A stretch of 64,000 nt of DNA from the NCBI GenBank assembly GCA_027604505.1, contig JADIIX010000008.1, positions 1 through 64,000 of the forward strand, written 5' to 3'. The translations under genes were made by a program, and so were the position numbers. The notes under the pieces are model-generated. The model did not search any database, was not told the DNA's origin, and saw only the letters and a program-made list of their open reading frames with translations. Positions 62,501-64,000 of the stretch are shown here, in pieces. Source of the DNA: Gonapodya sp. JEL0774. Taxonomy: Eukaryota. Within the stretch, counting starts at the first letter, position 1. Each line of letters starts with the position of its first letter.

Positions 62501-62769
62501 GGGAGCATGATCAAAATCATGCCCGTCAGATATCACGGAGAACCAGACGAGACACATGGTTAACCCCACGCTCTGCGGGGAGCTCCCACGTGCGTTACCA
62601 CAATTTCGAGTTCCGGATCGTGTGCTCGGCGAGGACGGATGAAAAACGGTGCTGTACTAACCGGCCCGAGACGGAACGCCGGAGTGCCAACAGTGGGAAG
62701 GATGACGCGGGCAGCAGAGGAGATTGCAGGTGCAGCAAGACGGGAAGCGGGAATATTAAGCGACGCCAT
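59559..62769 (-). CDS. MMUT: Adenosylcobalamin-dependent methylmalonyl-CoA mutase (mitochondrial), multi-exon; start approximate
   Basis: [52 protein letters not shown]12-binding [15 protein letters not shown]. Confidence 0.96.
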
Positions 62770-63065
62770 CGCGCCTGCAAGAAGGGTTGAATGCGCGCGG
62801 TGGTGGAGAAATTCTGCACGATGGGCTTGGCCTGAAGTCGATGCGTCACTCCCATCCCACCTGGGGCAAAGTCATGCCTCATTTGACGTGACAACCCCAA
62901 TTCCGAATCAATCTATCATTTCACCATTTTATGTTCGGTAAATTGAAAGCCGTAGAAGACAACCTTACAAATTTATATATTGAATTCCAATTGACTCTGT
63001 TATGAACTTAATCGTACTATCATATCAACATCCCAAGAAGAAGGAAGCAGTCGAGCACCACAACT

Positions 63066-64000
63066 TCAGTACACATTGCCAGATTTGTGCTTCTCGATCC
63101 ATTCCTGAACATACGGCAGATTGGTGTGCGGACCGCGCATCCTTGTGAGGCCCGGGTGGGTGGGTGCTGGAACTCCCGTCTCCTCCAGGGCACGCGCCGC
63201 AAGCTCTTGAATCGTTCCGCCCCGGTTAAACACTTCTCCATCTGGTCTCTTCATCTTGGGAGCCAGTTCAGCTCGAAGGGCTTCCGTGGCCTTGACGTCC
63301 ACCGCGAGCTCATCCGTCAACACCACACCATAGCGCTTAGCTCCCTCTTTGGTCACCAGCCCACGACGAACCTCGAGGCGCACAATCTCCGGGTCACGAG
63401 TGAGCGGGTCACCCCAGCCACCACCACCCCAAGTCTCATAAACCAACACATCGTTGGGTTCCACCTGAACGTTGTCTGTCTTCGATCCAAGGTACATGAT
63501 GGATGGGTTGACCGGGTCCTCACTGTATTTGTACAGAATCTTCTTGCTGCGATTGCCCGGATCACCGCCAACAACACCCCAAGGCTTGCTGAGCCACCGG
63601 TCGTCGTGAATACTGATGGTACCACTCTCGAGGAACTTGTAGACGCAGCGAAGTGCGTTTCCTCCCCGGTGGAAACCAGCACCACCTGTATCCGCAACTG
63701 TGTTGTAGGTCTCGATCCTCAGAGGGAAGTAGAGCTCGAGATACTCGACAGGCACGGAACGCATGCCCGGCCAAAGAGAGTGGCCGTCCAGGCCATCACC
63801 GATGGGCCGCCCGGGAATGCCACCGAAAGCGATCTGGTAGAGCTGGAACCACGTTCCATCCTCGCGCCAGCTAACATACGGTGTGGAAAAATAAGCGGAT
63901 AAGAAACGAGAGAAATGTAAGTGAATCGCCGCTCACAACAAACTGCAAGCATTGTCCCCAACTATATACCTACCCAGAGTAGAAGAAGTGAGGCGAATCT
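63066..64000 (-). CDS. Hydantoinase B / 5-oxoprolinase family protein, C-terminal part (runs off the window)
   Basis: FGGIPGRPIGDGLDGHSLWP, VPVEYLELYFPLRIE, DTGGAGFHRGG, TWGGGGWGDPL. Confidence 0.9.

Overview
Intron-rich eukaryotic DNA (GT-AG introns mostly ~45-110 nt). The gene content points to a zoosporic, early-diverging fungus: an outer-dynein-arm docking-complex gene, a B12-dependent methylmalonyl-CoA mutase and a CyclOp/BeGC1-type rhodopsin-guanylyl cyclase relic. Bases 1-8,040 are a mobile or accessory region. It ends in a spliced Fanzor1 (eukaryotic TnpB-like RNA-guided nuclease) with an open ~506-codon C-terminal spliced frame, but with the RuvC-I Asp and RuvC-II Glu positions substituted (V and K). 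A structured omegaRNA-like segment follows it, and a 77-bp exact copy of Fanzor sequence lies at the window start. The rest is a dense run of host genes: M20 amidohydrolase, cytochrome P450 reductase, homoserine kinase, G6PD, Dap1-like cytochrome b5, zf-4CXXC protein, a GST-hemerythrin fusion, Hsp78, CRAL-TRIO, F-box/LRR, TBC Rab-GAP, a methyltransferase, a tandem-SDR FOX2-like enzyme lacking the hydratase, CCDC63/114, a PPR protein, Nse4, MCM and hydantoinase B/oxoprolinase. At ~35-36.4 kb lies a degenerate rhodopsin-GC lacking TM4-7. All calls come from manual motif recognition and splicing by eye; no database searches were run, and exon boundaries are approximate unless stated.
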